The translations under genes and the position numbers were made by a program. From a virus (taxonomy: Duplodnaviria; Caudoviricetes): a stretch of 64,000 nucleotides of DNA. Shown here piece after piece: positions 35,548 through 45,585 of this stretch. Within the stretch, counting starts at the first letter, position 1, and each line of letters begins with the position of its first letter. The stretch lies in the IMG/VR virus record IMGVR_UViG_2511231106_000004, positions 47,356 to 111,355 of that record; one strand, given 5' to 3'. The notes below the pieces were generated by a model. That model was given only the letters and a program-made list of their open reading frames with translations, made no database searches and had not been told where the DNA came from.

Positions 35548-36630
35548 TCAGATATTGATGGTAATCGTGACATCTTCCATGGCATCCAGCAGCGATGCCT
35601 TGACGGCGATGAACACATTACTGCCGATATTGGCCAGCTTTATATCCATATCGGACATGTCTGCCAGTTCCGCCTTGGTGTATTTGCCGTTGGATTCCAG
35701 CCATATCTTCGTGGATTCCACATCGATATAGGCTGTGTTCTGGTCCTGTTCCAGCAGCCCTTCCTGGGCCAGCTGGTCAAGATACCCCTGGATGGCCGTC
35801 ACCAGAAGGCAGCGGTTCGCATAGCTGTTGGCGTACTTCCCGAGGTAATGGTCCTGGGCCGTCGTGCGGATGTCATCGTGCATCATGTCCATCAGGTCCA
35901 CAAGCTTGATTTTCTGGAAGCTCGTCCCCTTGTCCTGGACGGTGGTCACCAGGGAGTTGATGCCCCGGGCCAGTTTCACCTTTTCGCCGTCAAAGAAGAA
36001 GAACAGCTTCCCCGCTCCGGCCATGGTGTCCATTTCCTCTTTCGTCCACACATCGCAGCCGATGACTTCCGGCAGCGGCGCGTAGGTGCAGGAAATCGTC
36101 ATGAGCGTCCCGGCGATGATGCCGGCAATGCGGCTGCAGTACTGGGCCGTCGTATAGGTCCTGCTCTTCGTGCGGATGGTCTTGTTGACGAAGTTGATGA
36201 CGCCTTCCGTATCTGCCGTACAATCCGGCAGGACGGCCTTGATCATCTTGTCTTTATTGGTACGCATCCCCTTGACCCAGGTGGCGATAGTATCGATGTG
36301 CGACGTCCCGATGTCCGGGATGACCAGGTAGTCGAAGCGCTTGTTCTCGATAACCTTCAGGATATCCGTATAGTCCTCGGCTTCACTGCTGATGATTTCG
36401 GCGATGACTTTCTTCGGGCTGTTCACATAGCCCCGGAGCGCCAGTTCCAGCTGCTCCCGGTTGCTGTCAGACAGCTCCTTGGGAATGTCATCTGCCGTGT
36501 ACAGGTTCACTTCCGTCACCGAAGGCAGGGTCTCTTCCTTCAGGATCATGAGGACAATGCCGCGCTCGCTGCGCTCGATGGCGCTGATGCCTTTTTCCTT
36601 GAACACGACATTAATGGATGGCATTTTCAT
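35548..36630 (-). CDS. Tail sheath protein, XkdK-like
   Basis: RSERGIV, RIAGIIAG, ARGINSL, KIKLVD, DAMED. Confidence 0.9.
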   Translation of the reverse strand: MKMPSINVVFKEKGISAIERSERGIVLMILKEETLPSVTEVNLYTADDIPKELSDSNREQLELALRGYVNSPKKVIAEIISSEAEDYTDILKVIENKRFDYLVIPDIGTSHIDTIATWVKGMRTNKDKMIKAVLPDCTADTEGVINFVNKTIRTKSRTYTTAQYCSRIAGIIAGTLMTISCTYAPLPEVIGCDVWTKEEMDTMAGAGKLFFFFDGEKVKLARGINSLVTTVQDKGTSFQKIKLVDLMDMMHDDIRTTAQDHYLGKYANSYANRCLLVTAIQGYLDQLAQEGLLEQDQNTAYIDVESTKIWLESNGKYTKAELADMSDMDIKLANIGSNVFIAVKASLLDAMEDVTITINI

Positions 36631-37075
36631 ATTTCGTTGTCTCCTTTCCCCGATACCGCTGATGCATCACTTTCATCCGTTCGGCTGCTTCCGTTTCATC
36701 TGCGGAATCGTAGTACTGGACGGTCAGCGTCAGCCGGCCGCCGTCGTTATCCGCCCCGATGAGTTCCTCGTTCATCGAGCGGACAGCAAAAAACCTGTCC
36801 TGGACGGCAATCCCGTCACGGAACAGGTCTTCTGCAGCAGCCAGCACTTCATAGATAGATGCGCTGGCCGTCTGCTTCTGCGGTATATAGGTGATGTACA
36901 TATCTGTATCCCGGTACACTTCCCTGCGGCCCTGGGGCGAAGCCACCGTCATCGTCTTCAGGAAAAACGCTGGCGGACGGAACCCTTCCTTCACTTCCTG
37001 CAGGTACACGGGATACGGGAACTGTTCCTTCAGCTTCTGCTGTATGGCCTGCAGGATGTCGATGTCATGGATCAT
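36611..37075 (-). CDS. Tail terminator/completion protein
   Basis: VKEGFRPPAFF; synteny. Confidence 0.7.
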   Translation of the reverse strand: MIHDIDILQAIQQKLKEQFPYPVYLQEVKEGFRPPAFFLKTMTVASPQGRREVYRDTDMYITYIPQKQTASASIYEVLAAAEDLFRDGIAVQDRFFAVRSMNEELIGADNDGGRLTLTVQYYDSADETEAAERMKVMHQRYRGKETTKYENAIH

Positions 37076-37491
37076 GTGCCGCCTGCTTTCTTCAGGAGCT
37101 TCTTCGCCAGTTTCTCCAGGCCCGGCTGCAATTCCCGGGCTTCGAAGGCCTTGACGGATTTCTCCGTATAATGCTGGCCTTCATAATAGCCAACGGTCCT
37201 GCCGCCCGGCGTTTTCTTGACATGGCCGTTATTGAGCAGGTGATGGACCGGGTGCCGGTTGACCAGTTCATAGGTCAGCTCCGAGCCGTTATAGCCTTCT
37301 ACCTTGTGCTTCCAGCCTTTCTTCAGCTTGCCCGTGCTGCCTTCCGGCGTGTTCTTCACGCATTCCTTCCTGAGCTTGTTGCCAATTGTTACCAGGCCCT
37401 TTTCGGCAGTGCCGGGAAAATCTTCAATGGCAGAAAGCAGTTTTTCTGAAAAATCATCCAATCCTTTGACCTCAAAGTCACTTCCGCTCAT
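37072..37491 (-). CDS. HK97 gp10-like neck protein
   Basis: TP..TGKLKKGW, HLLNNGH. Confidence 0.8.
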   Translation of the reverse strand: MSGSDFEVKGLDDFSEKLLSAIEDFPGTAEKGLVTIGNKLRKECVKNTPEGSTGKLKKGWKHKVEGYNGSELTYELVNRHPVHHLLNNGHVKKTPGGRTVGYYEGQHYTEKSVKAFEARELQPGLEKLAKKLLKKAGGT

Positions 37492-37819
37492 TGTCCGTCC
37501 CCCTCACTTCTTCCATGCAGTACAGTTCCAGGGCTTCATGGCGCATGTACGGGTCCACGATGGTGTCGATGTCGTACAGGTGATTCTGGTACTTCACCTT
37601 CATGTCATGAGTAACGCCCGGCCGCCAGCGGATAGTGATCTTGCTGTACTCCGTGTCCGCCTTGCGTTCCATCTCATAGAACACTTTTCCCCGGGCGGGC
37701 TCGATGGATGCCCAGCAGCGGTACACCACGACGTCGGTCTGGGTGTCGAAGCCGTATGCATCCGTTGCCGCCTGCTTCCCCAGGATTTCAATCCGTTTGT
37801 TCAAAAGCCCGGTCTTCAT
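37478..37819 (-). CDS. Head closure / head-tail adaptor
   Basis: GLLNKRIEI, WASIEP, ITIRWR. Confidence 0.85.
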   Translation of the reverse strand: MKTGLLNKRIEILGKQAATDAYGFDTQTDVVVYRCWASIEPARGKVFYEMERKADTEYSKITIRWRPGVTHDMKVKYQNHLYDIDTIVDPYMRHEALELYCMEEVRGTDNERK

Positions 37820-37832
37820 GGGCATCCCCCTT

Positions 37833-38114
37833 TCAAAAACAGCTCCGCCGCACCCCGAACAGCAGCCACCGCAGCCGCTTCAGCAGGCCGGAATAATCGG
37901 CTTCTTCCCGATGCTCGTACAAAAAGGCGGCGGCATAGAGGATGGCTTCATGGAACACGACGGGATTCTCTTCGGCATCCGCTTCCTCGCAGCGGGCCAG
38001 GTCCAGGCACAAGGCCTGGGCCGTTTCCAGGGAAGACAGGATGACGTCATCATTGGACGTATCACCCTCATCAATCCGCAGATATTCCCTGGCTTCTTCC
38101 AGGCTGACCAGCAT
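37833..38114 (-). CDS. Head-tail connector (HK97 gp6-like)
   Basis: VSLEEAREYLRID, AILY..LYEHRE. Confidence 0.9.
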   Translation of the reverse strand: MLVSLEEAREYLRIDEGDTSNDDVILSSLETAQALCLDLARCEEADAEENPVVFHEAILYAAAFLYEHREEADYSGLLKRLRWLLFGVRRSCF

Positions 38115-38117
38115 GGC

Positions 38118-39308
38118 TTATCCCTTCGCCTTCATCTCCAGGGCCTTGACCGCTTCCTTCAGCATCAGCATGCCATCGACGCGCTGGCTTGCGAGGAAGC
38201 CGATCTGGCCGTTGGCGGCATACAGTTCGTTGAGCCGCTTGAAGGAGCGGTATTCCCGGTCGGCAATCCAATAGTAGCTGAAATCGCCGAAGAGCATGGG
38301 ACGGTTGCCGGCCGCCAGTTCCGGGGCAAAGGATGTGCTGTAGCAGGGACGGTTCAGGATGGTATCCGGTGTCCCGGCCGTGACAGACGGCTGCCAGATG
38401 TAGTTGCCGTTGTTGTCTTTGATTTTGCGCAGGGCCTTGATCGTAGCATCGTTCAGGAGCCATACGGCCTTGCGGCGGTACGGGATACGCAGGGAATGAT
38501 ACAGGTCGATGACATCATCAAAGGTGATGGATGCGCCATTGGCCGTCACGCCCAGTTCCGCAGACGGGAACACGCCAGTCGGCTTGTTCTTCCCGTCGCC
38601 CGTGAGGAAAGCTTCTTCTTCCTTCGTGCCGATACGGCGGGCAAATTCGCCGGCGATATAGCTTTCCAGGTCGAAGACGCTGTCATTCAGAAGTTCTTCC
38701 GATACACGGATAGCCGTACCCAGCTTGTACGCCCCGATGGACTGCTGGCCGAAAGTATCCTGGCTGTCCGGATAGAGTCCGTTCTCTTCCATCCAGGACG
38801 CTTCGCCATGTCCCGTCACGACAGGAATCTTGCGGTCGCCGCTGGTATGGATGACCGTTGCCAGGCCGCGGAAGAAGTTCTCTTCCTGGAGCTTGTCGAT
38901 GAGCTGATGCTCGAATTCATCCGGCACCAGATAGCCGCCATCGGCATCTGTGCCCACGCTCAGGGCGTTCTGTACATCGATGAAGTTTTTATGGCGGATG
39001 CTGTCCCAGAAGGCTTTTCGGTAAGCCAGAGATGCACGGCCTTTCTTTTCCGGGGCCTGGTTCCCAGCACCGGGCTGTTCCGTGATGGGAGAAGATGTCG
39101 GCTGGGCCAGCTGGGCATCGAGCTGCTGCTGGCGTTCCAGGCGGTCGATTTCCTTGCCCAGATTCACCACATCCGCTTCCATCTTGTCATACCGGGATGC
39201 ATCTTCTGCCGATACCATGCCGTTCTCATCGCGGGCCGTATCCAGGAAGGCTTTCGCCGCATCCCAGAGGTTCTTGCGCTTCTCGCGCAGTGCTAAACTC
39301 GTATCCAT
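38118..39308 (-). CDS. Major capsid protein, HK97 family
   Basis: DGGYLVPDEF, VSEELLNDS, FLTGDG..KPTG, FGDFSYY. Confidence 0.95.
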   Translation of the reverse strand: MDTSLALREKRKNLWDAAKAFLDTARDENGMVSAEDASRYDKMEADVVNLGKEIDRLERQQQLDAQLAQPTSSPITEQPGAGNQAPEKKGRASLAYRKAFWDSIRHKNFIDVQNALSVGTDADGGYLVPDEFEHQLIDKLQEENFFRGLATVIHTSGDRKIPVVTGHGEASWMEENGLYPDSQDTFGQQSIGAYKLGTAIRVSEELLNDSVFDLESYIAGEFARRIGTKEEEAFLTGDGKNKPTGVFPSAELGVTANGASITFDDVIDLYHSLRIPYRRKAVWLLNDATIKALRKIKDNNGNYIWQPSVTAGTPDTILNRPCYSTSFAPELAAGNRPMLFGDFSYYWIADREYRSFKRLNELYAANGQIGFLASQRVDGMLMLKEAVKALEMKAKG

Positions 39309-39324
39309 TGTATTTGTCCTCCTG

Positions 39325-40029
39325 TCAATGAATGAGCAATGCCAGCCGTTTCTCTAAGGAAGCGGCTGGCACTTTCTGCAAGGGTTTCTTTGGTTTCAGT
39401 TTCTGTACAAAGGAATTCGTCACCGTGACCGGGCTGTACAGCATGGCTTCCGGCTGCTGTTCTCCGTCTTCCTGGTCAAAAAGGATCTCATCGGCAAAGC
39501 CCAGTTCCACGGCCTTCCGGGCATTGAGCCAGGTCTCGTCATCCATCATGTGCGAAATCTTCGTGCGGGCCAGGCCGCTCTTGATTTCATAGGCATTGAT
39601 GATGCTCTCCTTGACTTCGCTCAGCATGCCGATGGTCTTTTCCATCTCGGCTTTATCCCCATAAGCCAGGGTCGCCGGATTGTGGATCATCAGGATAGCC
39701 ACCGGCGACATGCAGACCTTCGTCCCGGCCATGGCGATGACGGAGGCAGCCGAAGCCGCCAGGCCGTCGATCTTGACGGTAACGTTCCCGGGATAATCCA
39801 TGAGCATGTTATAAATTTGGGCAGCGGCAAAACAGTCCCCGCCCGGGCTGTTGATCCAGAGGGTGATGTCGCCGCTGCCCGCATTCAGTTCTTCCTTGAA
39901 AGCCTTCGGGGTCACTTCATCGCCCCACCAGGTCTCGTCCGAAATCTGGCCGTCCAGGTACAGCGTCCGTTCACTGCCGAAGGCATCGGGAACCGCATTG
40001 GTCACCCACTTCCAAAATTTATGTTTCAT
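39325..40029 (-). CDS. Head maturation protease, ClpP-like
   Basis: INSPGGD, GLAASAAS, MIHNP, ETWLNA. Confidence 0.93.
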   Translation of the reverse strand: MKHKFWKWVTNAVPDAFGSERTLYLDGQISDETWWGDEVTPKAFKEELNAGSGDITLWINSPGGDCFAAAQIYNMLMDYPGNVTVKIDGLAASAASVIAMAGTKVCMSPVAILMIHNPATLAYGDKAEMEKTIGMLSEVKESIINAYEIKSGLARTKISHMMDDETWLNARKAVELGFADEILFDQEDGEQQPEAMLYSPVTVTNSFVQKLKPKKPLQKVPAASLEKRLALLIH

Positions 40030-41275
40030 TCGTTTCTCCCTTCTGGGCAAAGGCCCCGGCATCCTTGAGCTTGGTCATGCTGCCGTTCACCAGGTACAGA
40101 TTGCCGCCTTCCTCATCGGGTACGGGATTCATGTCTTCCATCTCCCGGATATCGTTGGCGGACAGCCAGCCGTTCTGCCGGCCGATGCTGTACCCGGTCA
40201 TGCGGCTCTCGTAATCGCCGCGCATGAGGCCGTTCACGTTGAACTTCAGGAAATACTGCTTCTTCTCTTCCGGCAGGAACAGGGCTTTCTGCATGGCCTG
40301 CTCCCAGCGGATGACCCATGGGTCCAGAGTGTATTTCACAAATTCCATGGACTGCTGCTCGATGTTATTGAAGGAACTTTTCTCCAGGTCACCGATCATG
40401 TGCGGCGGGATGCGGTAAAGCCGGGCAATCTCATCGAGCTGGAACTTCCGCGTCTCCAGGAACTGTGCTTCTTCCGGCGGGATGCCGATCTGCTGGTACT
40501 TCATGCCTTCTTCCAGCACAGCTACCTTGTGGGCATTGCCCGTCCCCCGGTAGACAGCATTCCACGAATCCCGGACTTTGGCCGGGTCCTTCAGAACGCC
40601 GGGATGTTCCAGCACCCCGCTGGGACTGGCTCCGTTGGCAAAGAAAGACGCACCGTATTCCTCGCAGGCCATGGTCATGCCCACGGCATTGCGGGCCATG
40701 GCAATGGGCGAATAGCCGACCAGGCCGTCAAAACCAAGGCCGGGGATATGCAGCACTTCTTCCTTCTGCAGGACCACCTGCCCGTATGGTTTGACATTCG
40801 GATTCTCATCACCCGTCTTGGTATACAGATAGAAAATCTGTCCCCGGTCATCCCGGCAGACGGTCATCTTGTCTGGACGCAGCGGATAGAGTCCCTGCAC
40901 CCGTCCCAGGCGGTCCCGGATGATCTGGGCGTAAGCATTGCCCCAGATGAGCAGGTGGCTCATGAGCGTTTCCCGGAAGATGAACGAGGTCATCTCCGGG
41001 TTCGGTTCATCATGGAGCAGATGATACAGCGGATGGTCATAGACCCGCTCCTTACCGCCCGGCGTGTACCGGTACAGCTGTAGCGGCAGAGCTGCCAAGG
41101 TTTCCGCCAGGATGCGGACACAGGCATACACCGCCGTTGTCTGCATGGCCGTGAACTCGTTCACCATCTTGCCGCTGGTGGAAGGGCCGAACAGATAACG
41201 GAAATCCGTGCCGATGTAATAGTTCTGAGGCTTGTCCCGAGTATGGAACAGGCTGGATAAAAATGGGATATGCAT
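40019..41275 (-). CDS. Portal protein, HK97 family
   Basis: AVYACVRILAE, WGNAYA, GFDGLVGYSPI, SSFNNIEQQ. Confidence 0.95.
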   Translation of the reverse strand: MHIPFLSSLFHTRDKPQNYYIGTDFRYLFGPSTSGKMVNEFTAMQTTAVYACVRILAETLAALPLQLYRYTPGGKERVYDHPLYHLLHDEPNPEMTSFIFRETLMSHLLIWGNAYAQIIRDRLGRVQGLYPLRPDKMTVCRDDRGQIFYLYTKTGDENPNVKPYGQVVLQKEEVLHIPGLGFDGLVGYSPIAMARNAVGMTMACEEYGASFFANGASPSGVLEHPGVLKDPAKVRDSWNAVYRGTGNAHKVAVLEEGMKYQQIGIPPEEAQFLETRKFQLDEIARLYRIPPHMIGDLEKSSFNNIEQQSMEFVKYTLDPWVIRWEQAMQKALFLPEEKKQYFLKFNVNGLMRGDYESRMTGYSIGRQNGWLSANDIREMEDMNPVPDEEGGNLYLVNGSMTKLKDAGAFAQKGETNET

Positions 41276-41387
41276 GAAAACCTCCTGAAAAGGGATACTT
41301 AACCTAGTAATTGATAGTTTACAAACACGTTTTATTATTGGTAAACTATTTTCATAATAGTAAATCTCAGAAAGGAAATGAGCACTC

Positions 41388-42218
41388 ATGGGCAGAATAA
41401 CTATTGAAAAAAATACGGTGCAAGAAACATTAATCATTCCCCTCTATGCCAGGAAACTTGGCAATGAGCTCTTCCCTCACATTCTCCTAGACCCTTATGC
41501 GGATGACGTAATCAGACATCTGAATTACGATTTTTCTACGCTTGATAAAAAGAAAGGTTCTTTTGTTTGGAAGTTTGGTGCCTTAGAAGGTATTCTTCGA
41601 AGCAAAGCTATTCTTTATGAGATGCAAGACTATCTATCTTCCCATCCAGATGCGGCTGTTGTGAATATGGGATGCGGATTAGATCAGACCCCTCGCTTAG
41701 GAGATAACGGAAGAATGAATCTATACAATATCGACAGGAAAGACATTATTTCCATACGAAATTCTCTTCTTCCCCCTATTGGCCGAGAAATCAATATCGC
41801 GGCTGATTTAAATGATGATACTTGGACTCAATACATTCATGTATTTCAAGGAGTTTTCCTGTTTGCAGCCGGAGTGTTTATGTATCTCAGAGAAAAAGAG
41901 GTACATCAACTTATTCTGAGGCTAAAGGGTGCCTTTCCCCACGGTTGCCTCGTATTTGATACCATCGGCAGCTTCGGTATAAAGGTACTGATGAAGAGAA
42001 CATTGAAAACACTGGGAATACATGGCATAAAGGGAATGTTCTACTGCAATAACCCACTTCATGACCTAAGATTGGACGACGACATTAAGGTATCTGTACG
42101 AAAATACCTGACAGGCTATGTAGACCTGAAAAAGGAAGGCATCTCTCCACTTTTAAGGGGAATGGCGTATCTTTTCGATTGGGTGTTCAGAATGAACATC
42201 TGCCAAATTACCTGGTAA
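41388..42218 (+). CDS. Class I SAM-dependent methyltransferase (LCM/TcmP-like) moron
   Basis: ETLIIPLYAR, VVNMGCGLD, AAGVFMYL; antisense, lower GC. Confidence 0.85.
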   Translation: MGRITIEKNTVQETLIIPLYARKLGNELFPHILLDPYADDVIRHLNYDFSTLDKKKGSFVWKFGALEGILRSKAILYEMQDYLSSHPDAAVVNMGCGLDQTPRLGDNGRMNLYNIDRKDIISIRNSLLPPIGREINIAADLNDDTWTQYIHVFQGVFLFAAGVFMYLREKEVHQLILRLKGAFPHGCLVFDTIGSFGIKVLMKRTLKTLGIHGIKGMFYCNNPLHDLRLDDDIKVSVRKYLTGYVDLKKEGISPLLRGMAYLFDWVFRMNICQITW

Positions 42219-42224
42219 TAAAAA

Positions 42225-43826
42225 TCAAAAAGCAATAACACCCCGTTCGTCATAGACACTGCCGCTGCCTATCCCGTTGCGGATGCAGCGGTCCAGTGCC
42301 ATGATAGACGCCACGATTCCGTCGATTTTTTCGACGGATTTTTCTTTGTCCGGCTTGATGTTCCCCGCCGGGTCCTGCCGCATGACAACATTGCCCGCCA
42401 TCCATTTGAGGACGGGATTGCCGCCATGGAGAATGTTCCCTTCCATCAGAAGCTTGAACAGCTCCTTCGACGGCGGCGACATATCCTTGAACCCCTGGCC
42501 GAACGGCACCATGGTAAAGCCCATGTCTTCCAGGTTCTGCACCATCTGGGTGGCGTTCCACCTGTCGTAAGCGATTTCCCGGATATTATAGGTTTCTCCT
42601 AAACGTTCGATGAACTTCTCGATGAAACCATAATGGATGACGTTCCCTTCCGTCGTCTGGATGAAGCCCTGCTTCTGCCAGACGTCGTATAGGACATGGT
42701 CCCGGCGGCACCGCAGTTCCAGCGTGTCTTCCGGCAGCCAGAAGAAAGGAAGCAGGATGTATTTCTCGTCATCGCTCCGTGGCGTGAAAGCCAGAACCAG
42801 GGCCGTGATATCCGACGTACTGGACAAGTCCAGCCCGCCGTAGCACATCCGTCCCCGCAGGAAGTCCCGGTCAATGGGAAGATTCCCCTTGTCGTAGACC
42901 TGTTCCGGTATCCAGCGGATGCTGGCCGAAGTCCAGATATTGAGCCGGAGCTGCTTGAACACGTTCTCTTCCGCCGGATTTTCGACGGCATTCCGATAGG
43001 CTTCCCGGACGCGGTCAATCTGTATGGTATGACCCAGAGACGGGTTCGCCTTGTACCAGTTCGCTTCATCCGTCCAGTCTTCCTCATGTTCCAGGCCATA
43101 GACCACGGGGTAAAAGGTGGCATCCTTCTTCCGGCCCGCCATCAGGTCCAGGGCCTTGGTATGCAGTTCGTAGCAGATGCTGTTCTTGTCATTGCCCGCT
43201 GTGGTGATGATGAAAAAGAGCGGCTGCTCCCTTGCATCACCGGAGCCTTTGGTCAGGACATCGTAGAGCTTCCGGTTCGGCTGGGCGTGGATTTCATCAA
43301 AGACCAGGCCGGACACATTGAGCCCGTGCTTGGTTCCTGTTTCTGCCGACAGCACCTGGTAGAACCCGGCGTTGCGGTAATTGATGATTCGCTTCCCGGC
43401 CGACCGTATCTTGGAACGGCGCATCAGGGCCGGACTCATCTCGACCATCTGCCGTGCCACATCAAAGACAATGGAAGCCTGGTTGCGGTCACAGGCCGCA
43501 CCATACACTTCGGCACTCGGCTCGTTATCGGCATAAAGAAGGTACAGGGCGATGGCTGCAGCCAGCTCGCTTTTCCCGTTCTTCTTTGGAATTTCTATAT
43601 AGGCCGTCAGGAACTGCCGCTTCCCGTTTTTCTTGACGATGCCGAACAGGTCACGCACAATTTGTTCCTGCCAGGGCAATAAAAGGAAAGGCTTCCCGGC
43701 CCATTTTCCTTTGGTATGACAGAGATGCTCGATGAAAGCGACGGCACGGTCAGCCTTTTCTTCATCATAACGGGAATCCGGCAGCATGAACGCTGACGGC
43801 TTATATACAAACGCCAAACTTGTCAC
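42225..43826 (-). CDS. terL: Terminase large subunit
   Basis: IPKKNGKS, VFDEIH, ITTAG, GLDLS, KIDGIVA. Confidence 0.96.
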   Translation of the reverse strand: MTSLAFVYKPSAFMLPDSRYDEEKADRAVAFIEHLCHTKGKWAGKPFLLLPWQEQIVRDLFGIVKKNGKRQFLTAYIEIPKKNGKSELAAAIALYLLYADNEPSAEVYGAACDRNQASIVFDVARQMVEMSPALMRRSKIRSAGKRIINYRNAGFYQVLSAETGTKHGLNVSGLVFDEIHAQPNRKLYDVLTKGSGDAREQPLFFIITTAGNDKNSICYELHTKALDLMAGRKKDATFYPVVYGLEHEEDWTDEANWYKANPSLGHTIQIDRVREAYRNAVENPAEENVFKQLRLNIWTSASIRWIPEQVYDKGNLPIDRDFLRGRMCYGGLDLSSTSDITALVLAFTPRSDDEKYILLPFFWLPEDTLELRCRRDHVLYDVWQKQGFIQTTEGNVIHYGFIEKFIERLGETYNIREIAYDRWNATQMVQNLEDMGFTMVPFGQGFKDMSPPSKELFKLLMEGNILHGGNPVLKWMAGNVVMRQDPAGNIKPDKEKSVEKIDGIVASIMALDRCIRNGIGSGSVYDERGVIAF

Positions 43827-44293
43827 CCCCTTAGCAGCAGTTCCATTTCATCCGTTTCTGTTTCTGCCCCGTTTTCTTCCCCGATCTTGCGGCTCCGGGC
43901 AGACGGGGTCAGACCGAACTGCTCACAGAACTTCAGCATAATCTTGAGGTTCGTCTGAGCAATGGATACCTGCGGCACCTGCTGCAGGTACCCGTTCGGC
44001 GTCCGCACCATATCCCCATGCTGGGTGATGAACTCTTCGGCCCCTTTCCACCGGGCATACGCCTGGCAGTATCCGGCAAAGGCCATCATATCCAGATGGG
44101 TCAGCATCCCCATCTCAGCGAGGACTTTCCCCAGCCGCTTCCATTCTTTCTTGGCATCATCCTCCAGCCAGTCCGGGCAGCGAGGGAGCCGTCCCTTTGG
44201 CATGGGTTCCTTCTTATTGAGGGGACGATGGCCGGGATTGCCTTCCAGCACCTTGAGCGCCGTCGGCTTCGGTTTTCTTCCTCGTACAGCCAA
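43823..44293 (-). CDS. terS: Terminase small subunit, P27 family
   Basis: GRKPKPT..GNPG, YCQAYARW, FGLTPSAR. Confidence 0.92.
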   Translation of the reverse strand: MAVRGRKPKPTALKVLEGNPGHRPLNKKEPMPKGRLPRCPDWLEDDAKKEWKRLGKVLAEMGMLTHLDMMAFAGYCQAYARWKGAEEFITQHGDMVRTPNGYLQQVPQVSIAQTNLKIMLKFCEQFGLTPSARSRKIGEENGAETETDEMELLLRG

Positions 44294-44454
44294 TGGCGCT
44301 CACCTCCCAATAAAAAAAGCCCTTGCGGGCTGTACGGCAGAGAAGGCCGCGGCTGCAGCCTTCTCCGATTTTCTTTTACCATTTCTAAAGAAAATTTATG
44401 CATTTTATTTTATGGCAAAGGACAGGGCCTTGCGGCCCCGTCTTCAGGATTCCC

Positions 44455-44784
44455 TTACTTCGTGCTTTTCAGGACATCGACCAGCCATCCGGCGCTTGGA
44501 TGGGTTTCCCCGGTTGCTTTTTCAAGCACCTGGCGGTCTTCCTCGATATAATGAAGCCCCTTGCCGACTTTGATGAACCGGACATCTTCGTAGCCTTTTA
44601 TATCGGTCCGGTAAACCCTTGCCGTGCGGCTTTCACCATCGTAGCTTTTGCCATCCCATCCGCCAAAAGTGAAGGTCACTTTTTCCTTGGCAGCCTTGAA
44701 ATGGGCTTCAAAATCATTCCTTGTTATGGCTGTTTGGTATTCGCGAAGTTCGAAATGGTTGCGGAGTGCATCGATGTTTGTCAT
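44455..44784 (-). CDS. Hypothetical protein
   Basis: 109 aa behind GAGG RBS and the 27-bp motif at 44847. Confidence 0.65.
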   Translation of the reverse strand: MTNIDALRNHFELREYQTAITRNDFEAHFKAAKEKVTFTFGGWDGKSYDGESRTARVYRTDIKGYEDVRFIKVGKGLHYIEEDRQVLEKATGETHPSAGWLVDVLKSTK

Positions 44785-44846
44785 GGTAAAATCCTCGCTT
44801 TCGTGTGCTTTTCCTCTGGGGCTTGTCCCCTTTGTCATGTATATAT

Positions 44847-44873
44847 ATCACTCTGAACGCACATAATAGCAAG
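44847..44873 (-). promoter_or_regulatory. 27-bp CTTGCTA motif, copy 3
   Basis: CTTGCTATTATGTGCGTTCAGAGTGAT. Confidence 0.65.
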
Positions 44874-44897
44874 TCATTTATCCGATATTTATGCATC

Positions 44898-45509
44898 TTA
44901 TTCGATGACTTCCCATTCATCGGCTCCGGGTACCAGCCCAAGACTGCTACCCGTATCCCACTGTACATGGATGGTTCCGGCATCATCGACGAACTGGACA
45001 GTGCCTTCAGTTCCCCTGGGCGGTGCCTGCCTGTCATCCATGGCGATAAGTCGCACCCGCGTCCCTTCCATCCGTTCCCGGCTGTGCCGCAGACCGGCCC
45101 GCAGGACGGACAGGTCGAAACCGAATTTGCGGTACTCCTGCTCCATGTTCTGGTAGTACCAGTCTTCCGGGATGCCGAACCGCCGGTCTTCGCGCATGAT
45201 GTACACCAGACCGCAGACTGTACCGTCATCGGTTTCCATTTCCACTTCTTTTTTGTAGTAGAACCGCGGGAAGCCTTCATAGGCATCGAGCCGCCGTTCA
45301 TCCGCCGAAGAAATGCGCCAGAAAACAACCGGCACGAAGGCATCTGCCTTTTTCTCGATAGTGGCGTAACATCCTGTCAGGGAACCTTTGAAGAGAAGTT
45401 CATATCCCCGGATCCGGCCCGTTCCCGCAAGAACGGCATCAGGACACCGTCTTGCCATCTGTATTTTACTCATGTTGCTGCCGTAGGCAATGTAGATTCT
45501 TTGTTTCAT
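44898..45509 (-). CDS. Gamma-glutamylcyclotransferase-like protein fused to DUF4314-like domain
   Basis: YIAYGSNM, LDAYEG..Y; C-terminal GTRVRL..VDDAGTIHVQWD. Confidence 0.85.
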   Translation of the reverse strand: MKQRIYIAYGSNMSKIQMARRCPDAVLAGTGRIRGYELLFKGSLTGCYATIEKKADAFVPVVFWRISSADERRLDAYEGFPRFYYKKEVEMETDDGTVCGLVYIMREDRRFGIPEDWYYQNMEQEYRKFGFDLSVLRAGLRHSRERMEGTRVRLIAMDDRQAPPRGTEGTVQFVDDAGTIHVQWDTGSSLGLVPGADEWEVIE

Positions 45510-45585
45510 CGCTCTCATCCTTTCTGAAGGGAATGCCCTTCTACCACCCCAAGGGCAGCCGAAGCTGCCCGGAAGGCTATCCCCT

